A stretch of 64,000 nucleotides of DNA. Source: Chrysomallon squamiferum. Taxonomy: Eukaryota > Animalia > Mollusca. How positions within the stretch are numbered: position 1 is the first letter of the stretch; every line of letters starts with the position of its first letter. The position numbers and the translations under genes were made by a program. The notes beneath the pieces are model-generated. The model searched no databases and was not told the DNA's origin. It worked only from the letters and a program-made list of their open reading frames with translations. Below, piece after piece: positions 61,124-64,000 of the stretch. The DNA lies in NCBI GenBank assembly GCA_012295275.1, contig CM022677.1, positions 6,820,001 to 6,884,000 on the forward strand, given 5' to 3'.

Positions 61124-63479
61124 GAGTAGTAGTTATGGTTTTCTTTATAATGTTCACTTTATTGTTTAAATATTAAAATTTTACTTTAAAGTATGTTATA
61201 ATTATTTTATTTTATTGTTCACTTAGGAAATAATCTTTAATTTTTAAACAGAGTAATTCGACGCTCGATTCATGGATCGATAGATCACAACATTACATCA
61301 TTTCCAGTGCAAATGGGGAAGACCCTGTACAAAAATAACTGTCCAATCAAAATATTAGATTTGATCGGTGACATTCGGGCTTTTCAAATACCTGTAAATA
61401 ACATTAACCTAATAATGTGTTATTCTGCTAACCATCAACGATTTACTAAACCACTAATACTGAAGCGTATTAATTCAAAACTCTCCTTTTCTTAGCAATC
61501 CCACAACTAATAATACTAAATCAAACAGCACCTCTATACATTCTTGCCTGCGTCTATTTTTAGATGACGCTGCAATCGGTAGCTCCGCCCACTTGGCTGA
61601 ATTCTTATAACAACTCGCCACTTGTAGACAACATCTGATAGTTAAACAGCTCAAGTTTAAATGTTAGTCACTGAAGCTTCATAACAGAATAGTTACAAAC
61701 AAACGTTGTTACAGCAAATGCACAAGTGATTAAAACACGAGAAAACACCGATATGCATTTCCCAAACATGTTGTCTCGTTCTTTAGGTGTCACCTGATGT
61801 TTTCTTCTAACAGTCTTGTGTGTAAGAGTTGTCTTCAGTTGGAAAGCTTGAGATGAATGTTTTAATTAGAGCATTTTCTTCATCTGATCAGTTATGTTTT
61901 GTTTTATTTTTGAAATATTTTTACAATAATTACAAAATATGTTATCAAAATAAAAACTTAGTGAAGCTGTGTTCATCATAATTAGTAAGTACTGTATACT
62001 AGTTATTACTAAGATATATGATAGATTTATTTTGATAGTGTCTCACTTTTATTGACATGAATTTCTGTTGTGGACTCAGTCTTTTAAAGACTGATCATAG
62101 GTTCTTTAATGTTTAAGTCATTCTTCTAATTATTGGCTTTTTGATGTTTAAATATTTATTTTTCATTCTTTCAATATTTTGCTAAAATATTTAAAATAAT
62201 TTTTGATAATTTAAAATTTTATTTTTTCAATTTCTTGTTCTTATTATTTTAAAAGTTTAACAACACTTTCTTGTTATTATTTTATTCTTACTTATACTGT
62301 AAACAGAAAGTACTACTGTTATATCATAATATTAGAATTATGCAAGTGCCTGTTCTCATTATTATTATAATTATTATTATTAGTAGTAGTAATAGTAGTA
62401 GTAGCAGTAGTAGTAGTAGTATTAAAATACTAATAATGTAGTATTATTATAATTTGTAAAATCACTTTGTGGAAAGACTTTGTAGATGACAGACAAAGTT
62501 TGTTTTCACAGCAAGTCACTAAATACATTTTTTATTATTTGTTCAAGTTCTGAAATGCAATAACTGTTGGTTTTCATTAACAAATGTTAAGATTAACATA
62601 AATACTGTTTTAAATTTAGTGCCACAAAAGGAAGATCAGTTTGATTTACTGTTTACAAATAAAATGTGTTAAATTACATCAAAGTGTAAGATAACTTGTA
62701 ACACGAGACATAAACACAGTACTTTCCTAACAAAGCTTTAACAAAAAACTTTCTATTTTGTCTCATGTTGTATAATCAGATTGCAAATGGATGATATGTT
62801 GTTTGTTTCCTGCTGAAAGCATTGATGCAACCATCAGTTCAGGTTTTGTTAACTTGCTAGTATTTATTCATTTTCTCTCTGCCAAAATCTTGGTTTTGCT
62901 CTCTGTCTGGTGATAGCCATTATGTTATAGAATGACAGCTAGTCTCTGTTTTTCTGTATTAAATGACTTATCTTTTTGTTTGCACAATGGATCTGATGAA
63001 ATCTCTTCTATTAATTTCACTTTAAAATGCATTGTCATCTTTTAGATCACTCTGTCCATTATGACTGCAATAAACAACATAAAATGTGCTCACATGTATT
63101 TATGCAGATTCTACTTTTCACACTAAATGTAAATGAGTGACTTTACTTAAGTATCACAACACAATGAAAATAGTCTCATTCATCTAGCTGCAGATATTAT
63201 TACAAGACATGGGATCATTGTTTATTAATCCTTCAAAGAAGTGTGATCATTTCTTCTCACACTGTGGTCTAATTACATGCAAACTGCTGCCATTGTTTAA
63301 CAAGTGAAACTACTTCTAAAATTGAGTTCCTGCAGAGACATAGCTGATATGTATACGTTCTTTTGCTGTGGAATTTTCACTCGAAATCAGAAGTAGACAG
63401 CACATAGATCAATAATGTTTTGATATAATAGATTAATGTTAGCATGTCAGGACTTTCAAATGACTAGTCAGGTATATAT

Positions 63480-63596
63480 ATACATATGTATGTATGTGTG
63501 TCTGTGTGTGTGTGTGTATATGTGTGTGTGTATGTATGTTTGTATGTTTGTATGTATGTATGTATGTATGTATGTGTGTGTGTGTGTTTGTGTGTT

Positions 63597-63627
<31 letters not shown>

Positions 63628-64000
63628 ATGTATGTATCTATCTATGTATGTATGTATGTATGTATGTATGTATGTATGTATGTATGTATCTATGTATGTA
63701 TGTATGTATGTATGTATGTATGTATGTATGTATGTATGTATGTATGTATGTATGTATGTATGTATGTATCTATGTATGTATGTATGTATGTATGTATGTA
63801 TGTATGTATGTGTGTATGTATGTATGTATGTATGTATGTATGTATGTATGTATGTATGTATCGATGTATGTATGTATGTATGTATGTATGTATGTATCTA
63901 TGTATGTATCTATGTATGTATGTATGTATGTATGTATCGATGTATGTATGTATGTATGTATGTATGTATGTATGTATGTAGGTATGTACGTATGTATGTA
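63480..64000. repeat. (TATG)n microsatellite tract
   Basis: Long TATG run with TATC/TGTG interruptions, continuing to the window end. Confidence 0.95.

Overview
This is AT-rich, microsatellite-rich animal DNA. A MetaSINE-like fragment and the TE families point to a mollusc, probably a gastropod (inference). There is one 200-N gap and no intact host gene. The window is a mosaic of decayed, intron-retaining pieces of unrelated host genes: CAMSAP/Patronin in two inverted copies (one scrambled), the IRAG/LRMP (MRVI1-family) coiled coil in two inverted copies sharing a frameshift, and a collapsed TRIM RING+NHL gene. Weaker matches are a PHD finger, a polycystin-like stretch and a Kolobok-like transposase motif. 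The pieces are strung sense-oriented, with GT-AG sites, into several apparent transcription units that start at CpG-retaining promoter-like islands and have CpG-depleted bodies. One intron holds a nested TE stack (LINE < piggyBac < Ginger/KRBA2-like integrase element), all antisense to the host unit. There is also an RT+RNase H LINE, three copies of a CAGGG-terminated DNA-element end, and many tandem repeats. All protein identifications are by-eye recognition of hand translations, not database results.
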